A stretch of DNA of 32,000 bases, from positions 2,940,001-2,972,000 of the forward strand of contig NC_007484.1 in NCBI RefSeq assembly GCF_000012805.1, in the 5' to 3' direction. Positions 1 through 10,226 of the stretch are shown piece by piece. The notes under the pieces were generated by a model. That model saw only the letters and a list, made by a program, of their open reading frames with translations, was not told the origin of the DNA and searched no databases. The DNA is from Nitrosococcus oceani ATCC 19707. GTDB lineage: Bacteria; Pseudomonadota; Gammaproteobacteria; Nitrosococcales; Nitrosococcaceae. Within the stretch, counting starts at the first letter, position 1. Every line of letters starts with the position of its first letter. The translations under genes and the position numbers were made by a program.

Positions 1-457
1 CGTCTAGCGCCTCTAAGGCTAACCGCAAGACTTCCAGATCGCTTTCGGTTCCGCTATGCCCGTAGAGCTCAGCTCCCACCTGGATTGGATTACGTGTCCC
101 CCCCAGCCCCTGCGATAAGGTATGCAGCACACTGCCTATATAGCATAATCGGGTAACACCCTTTCGTTGAATACAATGGGCTGCTATTCGAGCCACTTGG
201 GGGGTAATATCGGCGCGTACCCCCATTAATCGGCCTGTGAGTTGATCCGTAAGCTTAAAAGTCTGCAACTCTAAATCAGTCCCCACGCCCGTAAGAAGAG
301 ATTCTAAATACTCAATGAGAGGGGGCACTACCAGATCGTAACCCCAAGAATGGAAAAGATCGATGAGTACGCGTCGCGCACGCTCCATCTGTTCCGCCTC
401 GATAGGCAAAAGCTCGCCCACTCCTTCAGGCAGGAGCCAACGTTCAGTTATCGGCAT
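1..457 (-). CDS. hisZ: ATP phosphoribosyltransferase regulatory subunit HisZ (N-terminal part; runs off the window's left edge)
   Basis: Not in the ORF track. My translation of the minus strand from the ATG at 457-455 gives [57 protein letters not shown]...[10 protein letters not shown]...GAELYG. This matches the HisZ N-terminus remembered from Pseudomonas. The hflK-hflC-hisZ order is typical of gammaproteobacteria. Confidence 0.85.
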   Translation of the reverse strand, partial: MPITERWLLPEGVGELLPIEAEQMERARRVLIDLFHSWGYDLVVPPLIEYLESLLTGVGTDLELQTFKLTDQLTGRLMGVRADITPQVARIAAHCIQRKGVTRLCYIGSVLHTLSQGLGGTRNPIQVGAELYGHSGTESDLEVLRLALEALD

Positions 458-552
458 TACTAGTTAACTAGAATTTATGGCGAGAGAGAAGAACGGGGCG
501 GCGGCGGATGCCTCGCTTCGCATCCGCACACGACTTAGAGCTCGCCCCTCTC

Positions 553-1467
553 TCATTCCGGTTCTGGTGTAGCAAGTCCGGAGTTAGATTCTGCTTCTTC
601 AAGCCCTAGCTTAGGATTGAAAAAACGGAAAAATTCTCCCTTTGGTTCTAGCAATAACAGGCTCTCTTGAGAAAAAACCTTCTGATAAGCTGCTAGGCTA
701 CGATAAAGAGCATAAAATTCTGGGTCTTGGTCGAAAGTTTCCGCATAAATATCAGTTGCTATAGCGTCCCCCGCACCTCGAATATTTTCAGCCTCTTTTT
801 GGGCGTTGGCCAAAATAATAGTACGCTGTCGATCCGCCTCTGAGCGTATACGCTCAGCCGTCTCAGCACCTTGTGAACGTAGCTCCTTGGCGACCCGCTC
901 CCGCTCAGCCTCCATACGGGCATAAACCGAACTACTCACATCTTTGGGCAAATCAACACGCTTGATGCGTACATCAGCAATAGTAATTCCAAAAGCTTCG
1001 GCTTCCTTGTTAGCTCGCCGTTGCATCTGTTCCATGATCAAGGAACGCTCGCCAGAAATTACTTCCTGCACCGTACGCCGCCCGAATTCACTGCGCAGAT
1101 CGGCCCGAATGATTTGAGAAAGCCGCAGGGCAGCGCGGCTCTCATCTCCGCCCATGGAGCGATAATACTGGGCTACATCCCCAATCCGCCACATCATAAA
1201 AGAGTCGACCAGAACGTTTTTCTTCTCAACGGTGAGATAGCGTTCAGTCTCTGCGTCGAGGGTAAGAATCCGGCCATCAAATTTACGTACTGAATTAAAA
1301 AATGGCACTTTAAAATGGAGACCAGGCTCGAAATCCGACCGCTCAATTTTACCCAACCACAGCAAGAGAGCCCGTTCCCGCTCACTGACAGTAAAAACAC
1401 TTTGTGACCCAATAACAAGCAAGAGCGCCAGGAGACCGGCTAAAATACTAAAGCTTTTACTCATCAT
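553..1467 (-). CDS. hflC: Protease modulator HflC (SPFH/band-7 family)
   Basis: 304-aa ORF with an N-terminal membrane anchor (ILAGLLALLLVIGS) and an SPFH domain. The start overlaps the hflK stop (ATGATGA at 1461-1467). It lies downstream of hflX-hflK. Confidence 0.9.
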   Translation of the reverse strand: MMSKSFSILAGLLALLLVIGSQSVFTVSERERALLLWLGKIERSDFEPGLHFKVPFFNSVRKFDGRILTLDAETERYLTVEKKNVLVDSFMMWRIGDVAQYYRSMGGDESRAALRLSQIIRADLRSEFGRRTVQEVISGERSLIMEQMQRRANKEAEAFGITIADVRIKRVDLPKDVSSSVYARMEAERERVAKELRSQGAETAERIRSEADRQRTIILANAQKEAENIRGAGDAIATDIYAETFDQDPEFYALYRSLAAYQKVFSQESLLLLEPKGEFFRFFNPKLGLEEAESNSGLATPEPE

Positions 1468-2705
1468 CGTCCCCTCCGACTCCGGCTATCATCATTGCTA
1501 TTCTGGCGTCTCTGCTCCTCACTGGCCGAGGTTTCACTGTTAAAAGAAGATAACCGATCAAGAGAAATAAGACGCTGCTCCTTAGGATTTCCCTCGTTTA
1601 CCATACGGTCCAGAGGAAGATAAAAGACATTAGTGCCCTCAGGTACGTCCACCAAAACTTTGCGGCTGCGCTCCATTACCGTTTCCATGGTTTCCAAATA
1701 AAGCCGTTTTTCAGTAATTTCCGGCGCATCTAGGTATTCTTTCAACACCTGCTCAAAGCGGGCTGTCTCACCTCCCGCAAGGGCAACAACTTCGCTTTTA
1801 TAAGCTTCCGCCTCCTGGACCTTACGGAAAGCGGCACCACGTGCTCTAGGGATAATATCATTGGCGTACGCCTCGGCCTCGTTTCTTAGTCGTTGCTGAT
1901 CTTCCCGCGCCTTAATGGCATCCGCAAAGGCCGCCTGCACTTGTTCTGGCGGTTGAGCATCTTGCATGTTGACACTGGTGATAATCAGCCCTGCATGGTA
2001 TTGATCCAAAACCTGCTGCGCTAATTCCTCTGTACGAAGCACGATATCACTGCGCCCTTCGGTCAAAACAAAATCCATTTTACTTTTACCCACAGCCTCC
2101 CGAAGGGCGCTTTCGACCACTTGGCGTAGGTTAGTATCCGCATTACGCACATTAAATAAATAATTAGCCGCATCTTTAACTCGATATTGGACTGCAATCC
2201 GAACATCTACGATATTTTCGTCTTGGGTGAGCATCAGCGCCTCGGTTGGCACTGGTGACCCGGCTTGTCCTCTACCCGTAGAACGGTAGCCAATCTCGTA
2301 GCTTCGAATTTGCGCCACATCAACCAGCTCTACCTTCTCAATAGGATAAGGAATGTGCCAGTGAGGTCCTGGCTCAGTAGTAGCAACGTATTCGCCAAAT
2401 CGCAATACCACTCCACGCTCAGCAGGAGCAACAATATAGATACCCGACAGTCCCCAAGCTACAGCAAGGACTAGCACTAATAGAGCTAATCCTAGAATGC
2501 TCCCCCCTCGGCCTAAAGTTGGGCGGCCACCACCGGGGCCTCCACCTCCCTTACCACCGAATAACCCACTAAGCTTGGCTTTTAGATTGCGGATAACTTC
2601 ATCAAGATCCGGAGGACCTTGCCGGTCGCCGTCTTTGCCCCATTGATCCCCTTCTTTATTCCAAGGATCTTTATCTTTGTTCCCGTTCGGCTCATTCCAA
2701 GCCAT
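1464..2705 (-). CDS. hflK: Protease modulator HflK (SPFH/band-7 family)
   Basis: The track ORF is 1464..2786. I prefer the internal ATG at 2705 (MAWNEPNGNKDKDPW...), the typical HflK N-terminus. It is followed by a Gly-rich linker, a transmembrane segment and an SPFH domain. Confidence 0.9.
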   Translation of the reverse strand: MAWNEPNGNKDKDPWNKEGDQWGKDGDRQGPPDLDEVIRNLKAKLSGLFGGKGGGGPGGGRPTLGRGGSILGLALLVLVLAVAWGLSGIYIVAPAERGVVLRFGEYVATTEPGPHWHIPYPIEKVELVDVAQIRSYEIGYRSTGRGQAGSPVPTEALMLTQDENIVDVRIAVQYRVKDAANYLFNVRNADTNLRQVVESALREAVGKSKMDFVLTEGRSDIVLRTEELAQQVLDQYHAGLIITSVNMQDAQPPEQVQAAFADAIKAREDQQRLRNEAEAYANDIIPRARGAAFRKVQEAEAYKSEVVALAGGETARFEQVLKEYLDAPEITEKRLYLETMETVMERSRKVLVDVPEGTNVFYLPLDRMVNEGNPKEQRLISLDRLSSFNSETSASEEQRRQNSNDDSRSRRGR

Positions 2706-2833
2706 TAATCTACCTACTCCAAATAGTTGGTGCAGACATCCATAACCACATGCCTGCAAGTTGTTTACAAGGAGAAATACTGACAATGATTTGACATTCT
2801 ACAGGGACATAACTCTAGCCGGCAAGAGTTTCG

Positions 2834-3982
2834 CTACTGGTAAGCATGAATTTCTTGCTGCGGGTCCACGGACCTCTTCGCCGGAAAGTATTCAGCTAAT
2901 GCTTGCCGCAATAATTCAAGCCCTTCACCGCTAGTTGCCGACAACCATACCCGATGAACACGGCCAGAAGCATCCCTTTCCAATCTCGGCTGGCAACCCT
3001 CTACTCGATCGATTTTATTATAAACTTCTAGCTGAGGCACTCCCTCTGCGCCTATCGTTTGAAGAACTTTATTCACTTGGGCGATAAGATCACAACGCCC
3101 TTCCGAAGAAGCATCGATCACATGGAGCAATAGGGCCGCATCACGAGTCTCCTCTAATGTAGAGCGAAAAGCCTCTACCAAATCATGGGGCAAATTACGG
3201 ATGAAACCTACGGTATCAGCTAATATCAAAGGCTGAGTCAGTGCTAGCCGCAAACGCCGCAAAGTGGGATCCAAAGTCGCAAACAATCTATCATCTACTA
3301 GAACCCGAGCTGCTGTTAAACGATTAAATAAGGTAGACTTCCCAGCATTAGTATAACCTACCAGAGACACTGTAGGTACTCGTGCTTTATGGCGCGAGCG
3401 GCGCCCCTGATCCCGCTGTTTTCTCACCCGCTCCAATCGTTTACGCAACTGCCGGATACGATTGCCAATCAAGCGACGATCGGTTTCCAGCTGGGTTTCA
3501 CCCGGTCCCCGCAAACCGATGCCCCCCTTTTGGCGCTCCAAGTGACTCCAACCTCGCACTAAACGAGTAGACAAGTGTTGTAGCTGCGCTAACTCTACCT
3601 GCAATTTACCTTCATGGGAGCGGGCCCGCTGGGAAAAAATATCTAGGATAAGTTCCGTCCGATCCAGTACCCGGCACTGCAAGGATTGCTCTAGATTGCG
3701 CTCTTGAGACGGACTCAGATCATGATTAAACACTACTAAATCTGCTTGTTCAGCATCCACCCACACACGAATTTCATCCACCTTACCACGGCCAATAAAA
3801 TATTTAGAATGGGGACTCTGGCGCTTTCCAGAAAGCACCGTAACTATTTCTATCCCTGTAGAGGAAACGAGCTCGATAAACTCTGCTTGCATCTCATGAT
3901 AAGCAGGTTCATGAAAATCAATATGGACCAAGATCGCGCTATAATCATATCCCCTACCGCCTTCAGAATGGCTAAACAACAC
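2834..3982 (-). CDS. hflX: Ribosome-associated GTPase HflX
   Basis: Strong resemblance to E. coli HflX: HEGKLQVELAQLQHLSTRLVRGWSHLERQKGGIGLRGPGETQLETDRR. The G1 motif is GYTNAGKST and DTVGF is present. At 382 aa it lacks the approximately 45-aa C-terminal domain of E. coli HflX. Confidence 0.92.
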   Translation of the reverse strand: MLFSHSEGGRGYDYSAILVHIDFHEPAYHEMQAEFIELVSSTGIEIVTVLSGKRQSPHSKYFIGRGKVDEIRVWVDAEQADLVVFNHDLSPSQERNLEQSLQCRVLDRTELILDIFSQRARSHEGKLQVELAQLQHLSTRLVRGWSHLERQKGGIGLRGPGETQLETDRRLIGNRIRQLRKRLERVRKQRDQGRRSRHKARVPTVSLVGYTNAGKSTLFNRLTAARVLVDDRLFATLDPTLRRLRLALTQPLILADTVGFIRNLPHDLVEAFRSTLEETRDAALLLHVIDASSEGRCDLIAQVNKVLQTIGAEGVPQLEVYNKIDRVEGCQPRLERDASGRVHRVWLSATSGEGLELLRQALAEYFPAKRSVDPQQEIHAYQ

Positions 3983-4026
3983 GGGCCTCCCGCAACCTGC
4001 CGGCTAACCTGAAATAAAATACAGCC

Positions 4027-4299
4027 CTAATCGGCATCAGCAGAACGCGTCCCTCCAATAGGATGAATATTCTCTCCCTCGTTGCTAGATAATTTAACGT
4101 TGCGCGCGGGAACAACAGTAGAGATAGCATGTTTATATACCATCTGGCTAACGGAATTTTTCAACAGGACAACAAATTGATCAAAAGATTCAATCTGTCC
4201 CTGTAGTTTAATTCCATTAACAAGATAAATCGAGACTGGAACTCGCTCCTTACGCAAAGCATTAAGGAATGGGTCTTGTAACGACTGCCCACGTGACAT
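4027..4299 (-). CDS. hfq: RNA chaperone Hfq
   Basis: [64 protein letters not shown] is canonical Sm1/Sm2 Hfq. I chose the ATG at 4299, which is preceded by GAGGGAGAA, rather than the track start at 4332. Confidence 0.96.
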
Positions 4300-4623
4300 T
4301 GGCCTTTTCTCCCTCGTAATTCTTGTTTTCAATGATAGATAAGGCCAGAGAGAAGGCGTTCTAAGCGCCTATCCGGCTTCAAGATAATTGCACTATAAAA
4401 TATTATTGTTTTCTCCCTCGCCCCCCATTAATTATGGAGATAAATTATCTAGCGAAGAGTTGTTTATTTTGCCACCAAAATCTACATTTTTATCCATTAT
4501 TCCTTACATAATAACTACACTTGCTTAGTACTATGCCTCATTCTATAGTTCAATTTTCCCGCCTTGTCCATCCGCTAGCCCGAAATAAAGTCTAGCATAG
4601 GCCCGCCGATAGGCGCGACAAAT

Positions 4624-5568
4624 TTAAGAAGCTTGAACCAATGCCATTTCTAACTGCCGCCATGCTTGCTCTACATGATCCTTTTCTTCCGGATCAACAT
4701 GGATTGCGTTGCTCTCCCGCCGCAGCCAAGTCAACTGTCGCTTAGCCATCTGCCGAGTTGCGCTAATAGCCTGTTCAGCCATGGTGGGGAAAGAAAATTG
4801 GTCCTGTAAATAAAGCCAGGCCTGACGATAGCCCACTGCACGGATAGAAGAATGCCCTAGACTGAGATCCGGGCGCATAAATAAGCCTTTAACTTCCTCC
4901 AAAAAACCTGCTTTCAACATAGCCCGAAAGCGCCGCTCAATGCGGCTGTGAAGAACTATCCGTTCGGCAGGCGCTAAAATTAGCTTAATCACTCGATAGG
5001 GCAGCTCCGATTCTCGAGAATTAGCGATTAACTCACTTAAGGGCCTACCCGTCAATTGGAAGACTTCCAACGCACGTTGGATACGCTGCGGGTCATGGTG
5101 ATGGATGCGCTGCGCCGCCATGGGGTCCAATTCGGCCAGGCGGCGGTGCAAAGCCTTCCAACCCTTCATGTTTGCTTCCCTATCTATAGCGGCCCGAACC
5201 TCCGGATCAGCCGGAGGAAGAGGGGAAATTCCATAAGTTAGGGCGTGAAAGTACAACATAGTTCCTCCTACTAGGAGGGGGATTCGCCCTCGTTTGCTGA
5301 TAGCCTTCATTAGAGTTAAAGCATCGGCGCGAAAGCGTCCCGCCGAGTAGGTCTCCGCCGGATCAAGAATATCAATTAGGTGATGGGGGTAACGGTGACG
5401 CAACGCCAGGCTTGGCTTGGCAGTACCAATATCCATGCCGCAATACACTTGGGCTGAATCGACACTAATAATTTCGCAGGACAGGCGCTCGGCAAGCGCC
5501 AAAGCTAATTCGGTTTTCCCTGAGGCAGTCGGCCCCATAAGAAACACCGCGGGCGGCCGAATAAACAT
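4624..5568 (-). CDS. miaA: tRNA dimethylallyltransferase MiaA
   Basis: P-loop GPTASGKT, the motifs DSAQVYCGMDIGTAKP and HHLIDI, and a position directly upstream of hfq. Confidence 0.93.
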   Translation of the reverse strand: MFIRPPAVFLMGPTASGKTELALALAERLSCEIISVDSAQVYCGMDIGTAKPSLALRHRYPHHLIDILDPAETYSAGRFRADALTLMKAISKRGRIPLLVGGTMLYFHALTYGISPLPPADPEVRAAIDREANMKGWKALHRRLAELDPMAAQRIHHHDPQRIQRALEVFQLTGRPLSELIANSRESELPYRVIKLILAPAERIVLHSRIERRFRAMLKAGFLEEVKGLFMRPDLSLGHSSIRAVGYRQAWLYLQDQFSFPTMAEQAISATRQMAKRQLTWLRRESNAIHVDPEEKDHVEQAWRQLEMALVQAS

Positions 5569-5627
5569 ACCCTTATTTGAGACTAGATATTTAACCTAAA
5601 AATCTAACGATGGCACAAAGTAAATTT

Positions 5628-6884
5628 TTATCGTTTCATGGAATTGAAAAATTCGTCGTTAGTTTTGGTTTCTTTGAGCCGACTAAGCAAAAACTCCATG
5701 GCTTCCGCCTCGTCCATTGGTGCAAGCAATTTGTGTAAAATCCATGTTTTTTGCAGATTCTCTGGATTGGTGAGGAGCTCTTCACGCCGCGTGCCCGAGC
5801 GGCTGATATTAATTGCGGGGTAGACTCGCTTTTCAGCAAGTTTTCGCTCCAAATGGATCTCCATGTTGCCAGTGCCTTTGAACTCTTCATAAATCACATC
5901 GTCCATGCGTGAACCGGTATCAATAAGAGCAGTGGCGATAATAGTTAAACTACCTCCCTCCTCTAGATTGCGGGCTGCGCCAAAAAAACGCTTTGGCCGT
6001 TGTAACGCATTAGCATCGACCCCCCCGGTGAGGACTTTGCCAGATGAAGGAATCACCGTATTATAAGCGCGGGCCAAACGGGTAATGGAATCGAGTAAAA
6101 TAACAACATCCCGCTTATGCTCTACTAGTCGCTTAGCTTTTTCTATTACCATTTCCGCTACTTGAACATGACGGCTTGCAGGTTCGTCGAAAGTACTAGA
6201 GACAACCTCACCTCGTACCGAACGGGCCATTTCCGTTACTTCTTCGGGCCGCTCATCGATAAGCAGCACTATAAGATAGCATTCCGGATGGTTAGCGGCG
6301 ATGGATTGGGCAATATTCTGAAGCATCACAGTCTTTCCCGATTTGGGAGAAGAGACAATGAGCCCTCGCTGCCCCTTACCTACCGGCACCACTAAATCTA
6401 TTACCCGAGGGGTGAGATCCTCCGTACTCCCATTGCCCCGCTCCAAGACTAAGCGTTCATTAGCAAATAAAGGGGTCAAATTCTCGAATAATACTTTATT
6501 TCGAGACTGCTCTGGCGGCTCAAAATTGATGCTGCTGACCTTAAGTAGGGCAAAATAGCGCTCTCCCTCTTTAGGAGGTCGGATTTTACCTTCAACGGTA
6601 TCCCCAGTACGGAGTCCAAAACGCCTTATCTGGCTAGGTGAGACATAAATATCATCAGGCCCGGCAAGATAGGAGGCACTGGCCGAGCGGAGAAAACCAA
6701 ATCCATCCTGGAGCAATTCTAATACTCCGTTGCCGTAAATATCCTCGCCATTCTTCGCATGCGCTTTGAGAAGTGCAAAGATAAGATCTTGTCGGCGCAG
6801 GCGGGAAATACCTTCTAGCCCCATGGACTGGGCAATATCTAAGAGTTCGGAAGCGCTCTTCGTCTTGAGTTCAGTCAGATTCAT
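5628..6884 (-). CDS. rho: Transcription termination factor Rho
   Basis: 418 aa. N-terminal MNLTELK...[11 protein letters not shown]-binding domain GFGFLR, Walker A SPKSGKT and Walker [11 protein letters not shown], plus the [11 protein letters not shown] motif. Confidence 0.97.
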   Translation of the reverse strand: MNLTELKTKSASELLDIAQSMGLEGISRLRRQDLIFALLKAHAKNGEDIYGNGVLELLQDGFGFLRSASASYLAGPDDIYVSPSQIRRFGLRTGDTVEGKIRPPKEGERYFALLKVSSINFEPPEQSRNKVLFENLTPLFANERLVLERGNGSTEDLTPRVIDLVVPVGKGQRGLIVSSPKSGKTVMLQNIAQSIAANHPECYLIVLLIDERPEEVTEMARSVRGEVVSSTFDEPASRHVQVAEMVIEKAKRLVEHKRDVVILLDSITRLARAYNTVIPSSGKVLTGGVDANALQRPKRFFGAARNLEEGGSLTIIATALIDTGSRMDDVIYEEFKGTGNMEIHLERKLAEKRVYPAINISRSGTRREELLTNPENLQKTWILHKLLAPMDEAEAMEFLLSRLKETKTNDEFFNSMKR

Positions 6885-7144
6885 GAAAGTCGGTCTAGTT
6901 GTTTATGAAACAATAAGTGGAATGATTGGCGTAAAGACGTTAGCTGTCCTAGCGCGACAAGGAGATTTGAGCGAGTTGGCTATTTTAGAAAGGCAGTGTT
7001 TAGTTAAGTTGTGAACCTATCAGCAAAAATACTTCCCGTCTAGTCCCTATAGAAATTCCAGCAAGATGAAAATTCGTCCAAATATGTATTATTGTAAGTT
7101 GCCCCTAGGGCATTCTTGGGTTAACCTTAAAAGCCTCCATATTC

Positions 7145-7235
7145 GGAGAGGTGGCCGAGCGGTTGAAGGCGCACGCCTGGAAAGTGTGTATACGTTAACC
7201 GCGTATCGAGGGTTCGAATCCCTCCCTCTCCGCCA
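7145..7235 (+). tRNA. tRNA-Ser (anticodon GGA)
   Basis: GGAGAGG acceptor stem pairs with CCTCTCC, followed by GCCA. The anticodon stem-loop is CACGC-CTGGAAA-GTGTG. There is a long variable arm and a T-arm GAGGGTTCGAATCCCTC. The anticodon region is nearly identical to E. coli serW/serX (GCACGCCTGGAAAGTGTGTATACG). Confidence 0.95.
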
Positions 7236-7866
7236 AATTTAAACCTTAATCTAGGCATTTGTAAAAATTTAGATCCCATTAGCCGGCGCGGATTAAAACA
7301 AAAGCATCTTATATAAAACAGATACTTTGTACTGGAAGATTAAGAAGGGATATTAAAAAGCAGCCCTCCTTCCTATAGCCTCCCATGCTCAAACCAGTTT
7401 GCTAGACAGCCATACTCCGAAGTCGCTTCTTTCCCTGCCATCTTCGCTAGTCTTAGCAGCTGCGTTTTTGGTTTTTGGGAATTTTCCGCCCTCACTGGCG
7501 ACGACTATTACTTGCCGATCCCCCTTCGAGCGCACGAGCTTGGAAATTCTTTGCCTTCGTTATGAAGGCACAGCGAACATTGATACCAAAATGACGCGGA
7601 GGGAAGATAACTCCCTAAAGAAGTCGCTTTAGGGTCCAAACATTATTTCAAAATATACAACCGGACCTTCGTTCAATAGCGTCCGCTTCAGCTCTATAGA
7701 AACAAAGCCCTCCCCATCTCTATACCGATGTGGGATACTCAAAAATGCTTTGAGCTGCAACATTAACAGCTTAACCGTATCTTTACAAGGCTCATTATTA
7801 CTACAAGCATAAATAAACCTTGTCTAATTTTGAACCATAGCGCAAAATAATGGAGAAGCTCATAAT

Positions 7867-7980
7867 GGTGGCTCGGCTGGTCCCCTCGCAACAATAAGTT
7901 GTGAACCCCGTCAGGCCTGGAAGGGAGCAGCGGTAACAACAGATTTGTGTGCCGGGGTGTGGCTAGTACGAGCCGCCGCC
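7867..7980 (+). ncRNA. ffs: Signal recognition particle RNA (4.5S RNA)
   Basis: 114 nt that aligns end to end with E. coli 4.5S RNA from memory. TGGTCCCCTCGCAAC matches TGGTTCTCCCGCAAC. The domain IV core GTCAGGCCTGGAAGGGAGCAGC matches GTCAGGTCCGGAAGGAAGCAGC. GTGTGCCGGGGTGTGGCT matches GTGTGCCGGGATGTAGCT. The 5' and 3' ends are complementary. ffs immediately upstream of dnaX is a widespread arrangement. Confidence 0.9.
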
Positions 7981-8229
7981 ATTATTAAATCCAGATATCT
8001 TATTCCCTCTATAATTGTCCACCATGGATTAGTTTCCAGGCTTATTCCCTAGATTTTGCTTGCGCAAATAGCTTCCTTAAGCTAAGAGAATAAACACTTT
8101 ATCCCTTTTTACAGCTTGTCCCGATTGAAATTCTCCCAAACTTTATCCGAATTAATCGACGCTAAGAGCTAAAATATGATAAATCGGTATATCATTGCTG
8201 CTGGCAGAAAGCCATTTATTTAGGATTTC

Positions 8230-9819
8230 ATGAGTTATCAAGTCCTTGCACGAAAATGGCGCCCCCGCGACTTCACCCAAGTGGTGGGCCAGGAGCATGT
8301 AGTCCGCGCTTTAACTAATGGCCTTGATAAAGGCCGCTTACATCATGCTTTTCTATTTACTGGAACTCGAGGAGTAGGCAAAACAACTCTAGCCCGTATT
8401 CTCGCCAAATCCCTTAATTGTAAAGAGGGAGTGAGATCGACCCCCTGCGGAAAGTGCCAGAACTGCCAAGCAATTGATGGGGGAAATTTTGTGGATCTAA
8501 TCGAAGTAGATGCTGCCTCTCGCACCGGAGTGGATGATACCCGCGAATTACTGGAAAATGTTCATTACGCACCGAGCCGCGGTCACTATAAGGTTTATCT
8601 TATTGATGAAGTTCACATGTTCTCCACTTCAAGTTTTAACGCCTTGCTCAAAACCCTAGAAGAACCGCCGCCCCATATTAAGTTTTTGCTAGCTACGACC
8701 GAGCCCAAAAAATTACCTGTTACCGTCCTTTCCCGCTGTCTCCAATTCAATCTGCGGCGGATTACCCCCAAGGCCATCGCTGAGCACCTAAATAGCATTC
8801 TGGAAGCGGAAGAGATTCCCTCGGAGTCCTACGCATTAACGCTGATCGCCCGTGCTGCCGAAGGCAGCGTACGGGATGCCCTTAGCCTTCTGGATCAGGC
8901 CATCAATTATGGTAGGGGCCAAGTGATGGTAGCTGACGTGCGCACTATGCTAGGCAGCATCGAACAGGGAGATTTATTCATTTTGCTTGACGCCCTTTTA
9001 GCCGGTAATGGGCAAGGGTTAATTGAGAAAGTACGGGAAATCTGCGCCTATTCGGTAGATATATCCTCGATATTGGCAGATTTATTACATTTACTACAGC
9101 GGCTCGCCCTTTATCAACTCGCCCCAGATACGGTTGACGATATAGATGAACGAGGGATATTTTCTAGCCTTGCCGCCCGGACAACCCCTGAGGAGGTTCA
9201 GTTATTTTACCAAATTGGGCTTATCGGTAGCCGCGATTTAACCTATGCCCCTGATCACCATACGGCCTTCGAGATGATTCTGCTACGGATGTTGTGTTTC
9301 CGCCCAGCCGATGGGGCTTCTTCTTGTCAGGCATTGACTAATCCTAAACCAGAGAAAACGGGGTTGGCCTCGTCTGATCCGCCCTTAGCGCAAGAAACTA
9401 CCTCTCCCCCCCTATCAGGCAACGATCATTGGCCAGGGCTAGTTACCCAGTTGAAATTAACCGCTATTGCACGGCAGCTGGCGGAAAACTGTGCCTTAGA
9501 GCGGCGTGAAGAGGGTATTATATATTTACAACTCGCCCCCAGTATGGCCAACCTTCATAGCAAACGGGCGGAAGAGCGGCTACAACAAGCTTTAGAGGAA
9601 TATTATGGCGAAGCAATTCAATTAATTATTCGGATTGCAGATTCAACCCTTGGCACTGATACGGTAGCAAGCAGGCGCAAACAGGAGGATGCAACGTGGC
9701 AACAAGCTGCGGTAGAATCTATTCAGAACGATGCCAATATTAAGGCGCTTAGCGAAACCTTCAATGCCCGGCTGCCGCTAGATAGCGTTCGCCCCCTCAC
9801 TAAGCCCAAGCAGGAATAA
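8230..9819 (+). CDS. dnaX: DNA polymerase III subunit gamma/tau
   Basis: MSYQVLARKWRPRDFTQVVGQEHV, Walker A GTRGVGKTT, the zinc module CGKCQNC, and DEVHM/SRC motifs. 529 aa. Confidence 0.96.
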   Translation: MSYQVLARKWRPRDFTQVVGQEHVVRALTNGLDKGRLHHAFLFTGTRGVGKTTLARILAKSLNCKEGVRSTPCGKCQNCQAIDGGNFVDLIEVDAASRTGVDDTRELLENVHYAPSRGHYKVYLIDEVHMFSTSSFNALLKTLEEPPPHIKFLLATTEPKKLPVTVLSRCLQFNLRRITPKAIAEHLNSILEAEEIPSESYALTLIARAAEGSVRDALSLLDQAINYGRGQVMVADVRTMLGSIEQGDLFILLDALLAGNGQGLIEKVREICAYSVDISSILADLLHLLQRLALYQLAPDTVDDIDERGIFSSLAARTTPEEVQLFYQIGLIGSRDLTYAPDHHTAFEMILLRMLCFRPADGASSCQALTNPKPEKTGLASSDPPLAQETTSPPLSGNDHWPGLVTQLKLTAIARQLAENCALERREEGIIYLQLAPSMANLHSKRAEERLQQALEEYYGEAIQLIIRIADSTLGTDTVASRRKQEDATWQQAAVESIQNDANIKALSETFNARLPLDSVRPLTKPKQE

Positions 9820-9869
9820 TACCCTGATTCCAGGAACTAGAATTATATTACATCGAGGAGATTTGAGAA

Positions 9870-10190
9870 ATGAAAGGTGGACTTGGCAATTTGATGAAAC
9901 AAGCCCAGCAGCTCCAGTCAAATATGGAGAAAGCCCAGGAAGAGTTGGCTAACATGGAAGTCACTGGTCAAGCAGGAGGTGGCATGGTCAGCATAGTCAT
10001 GACTGGACGTTATGACTGCCGACGCATCAGTATCCACAGCGAACTATGGCAGGAAGATAAGGAGATGGTGGAAGACTTGGTAGCAGCGGCAATTAATGAT
10101 GCTGTGCGTCAAGTAGAAACCCAATCGAAGGAAAAGATGTCGAGTATGACCTCTGGCATGCTCCCCCCTGGCTTTAAACTGCCTCTCTAA
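9870..10190 (+). CDS. ybaB: Nucleoid-associated protein YbaB/EbfC
   Basis: [22 protein letters not shown] and [13 protein letters not shown] are typical of YbaB. The gene sits between dnaX and recR. Confidence 0.92.
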   Translation: MKGGLGNLMKQAQQLQSNMEKAQEELANMEVTGQAGGGMVSIVMTGRYDCRRISIHSELWQEDKEMVEDLVAAAINDAVRQVETQSKEKMSSMTSGMLPPGFKLPL

Positions 10191-10226
10191 GCTAATTAAT
10201 CTAGCATCTTAACTCTATCTCTCTCC

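Noticed and set aside
504-527. 8-bp stem hairpin GCGGATGC-(8 nt)-GCATCCGC between hflC and hisZ, as a possible terminator.
   Set aside because: No U-run follows it on the transcribed (minus) strand. It may be a weak attenuator or processing site, but it cannot be called a terminator.
7418-7628. 10-bp direct repeat GAAGTCGCTT (7418-7427 and 7619-7628), a possible target-site duplication of a MITE.
   Set aside because: There are no terminal inverted repeats just inside the two copies. The word itself is partly self-complementary (GAAG-tcg-CTTC), and a single 10-mer recurrence within 32 kb of sequence is weak evidence.
7399-7632. 77-aa plus-strand ORF downstream of tRNA-Ser.
   Set aside because: It is Ser/Leu/Pro/Thr-rich and low-complexity, with no RBS and no family resemblance. 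It is more likely non-coding.
8699-8712. A-run (CCC AAA AAA TTA) in dnaX as a possible programmed -1 frameshift site for gamma subunit production.
   Set aside because: It lies at about codon 159-160, inside the AAA+ ATPase module. The E. coli A-AAA-AAG site lies at the domain III/IV boundary. I saw no other slippery heptamer with a downstream hairpin, so there is no support for frameshifting.
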